The notes under the pieces: generated by a model
The model's database searches: none
What the model saw: the letters and a program-made list of their open reading frames with translations, nothing else
What the model was told of the DNA's origin: nothing
DNA from: Phycisphaerales bacterium
GTDB lineage: Bacteria > Planctomycetota > Phycisphaerae > WQYP01
NCBI GenBank assembly: GCA_027451365.1
Contig: DAIDJN010000084.1
Location: forward strand, 1-64,000
DNA: 64,000 nt
Direction of reading: 5' to 3'
Position numbers and translations under genes: made by a program
Shown: positions 63,304 to 64,000 of the stretch, piece by piece
Layout of the letters: each line of letters starts with the position of its first letter
How positions within the stretch are numbered: the first letter of the stretch is position 1

Positions 63304-63775
63304 TGATCTATTTTATACCATATTGCGAATTAGCCCCTTTGCGGCCTCTTGTTTTTATATCTACAGAGTCTACTTATCTGGCCACAGACTTGCCGACAAT
63401 TCCGCTAACTGCGGGCTGATTCTCATCCCCGCAGGCAGACAGCCTGATTCGTCGACTTGGGTTATCTATTTTCGTGCGGACTGCTGATGGGAATCGGCAA
63501 TCCAATCTATCATCGCGATGGTCGACGCGGAAGGCTTAAATTCAGAAGGTTTGCATTTGTTCGCGACTGACCTTACCATTCAAACCACGCTTACCGCAAA
63601 TAGGCGTTGCGTCGCGAGGTACCGGTATTCAATGTACCAGGCGTTGGTCGCGATGGAATAGCTCGAAATTTTCCGCTCATACACGCGGGTTTTTCCGTTC
63701 CATCAGAACCTGAAAGATAAGAGTTTTTTACTTTGCCGGCACCCGACGCGCCCGGCGGTTTTTTGGAGATTTCTC

Positions 63776-64000
63776 ATGGCGGAAAATGCATTGGCCCAGC
63801 AGGAAGACGTGATTATTGCCACCGAACTTGAATCGCTAAGTTCTGTAACCAAAAAAGTCCAAGTGACTGTTCCTGTTGAAACGATCAATCAGAAAACCCG
63901 TGAAACCATGACCCAGATCCGAAAAGACGTGGTCATTCCGGGCTTTCGCCGGGGCCGCGTACCCAACCGTGTTCTGGAGAAGAAACTCGGTGGCGGCCTG
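63776..64000 (+). CDS. tig: Trigger factor, 5' part (runs off the window)
   Basis: RBS GGAG then ATG at 63776: MAENALAQQEDVIIATELESLSSVTKKVQVTVPVETINQKTRETMTQIRKDVVIPGFRRGRVP, containing the ribosome-binding GFRxGxxP motif. Missed by the ORF track. Confidence 0.9.
   Translation, partial: MAENALAQQEDVIIATELESLSSVTKKVQVTVPVETINQKTRETMTQIRKDVVIPGFRRGRVPNRVLEKKLGGGL

Noticed and set aside
63310..63775. tRNA gene upstream of tig (a common arrangement)
   Set aside because: No cloverleaf or TTCGA-type T-loop with a matching acceptor stem was found by eye on either strand; tRNAscan-SE would settle it.

Overview
A 64 kb bacterial chromosome window of moderate GC. The gene content and protein style suggest a Planctomycetota (Phycisphaerae-like), possibly acidophilic, organism; this is inference only. 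From left to right it holds: a radical SAM/CbiX-SirB chelatase pair; a three-gene two-partner secretion locus (SapC-family protein, a 5319-aa LktA/HMW1-like filamentous adhesin, a TpsB/ShlB transporter); an AsmA-like protein, MltA, an orphan histidine kinase, a LOG protein and a K+/H+ antiporter; gyrB, plsC and cmk; a probable heavy-metal RND efflux module (secreted His/Asp-repeat peptide, OmpR-type regulator, sensor kinase, TolC, MFP, RND pump); an HpnG-like phosphorylase; a GbsR-SDR-EEP operon; a decayed RHS remnant; a GH42-fold protein; leuB and proS; a transglutaminase/amidoligase/CP-ATP-grasp/alpha-E peptide-ligation operon; a nucleotide-sugar epimerase; and the start of trigger factor. 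Three non-coding signals are missing from the ORF track. (1) A canonical-looking 28-bp XerCD dif site at 63276-63303 suggests this is the replication terminus region. (2) A self-contained + strand transcription unit at about 35829-35981 has a sigma70 promoter, a 14-bp palindrome over the -10, a structured anti-SD-rich body and an intrinsic terminator, but no gene; it is a candidate sRNA or orphan attenuator. (3) A pho-box-style direct-repeat promoter sits in front of the efflux module. No rRNA, tRNA, CRISPR array or intact transposase/integrase was seen.
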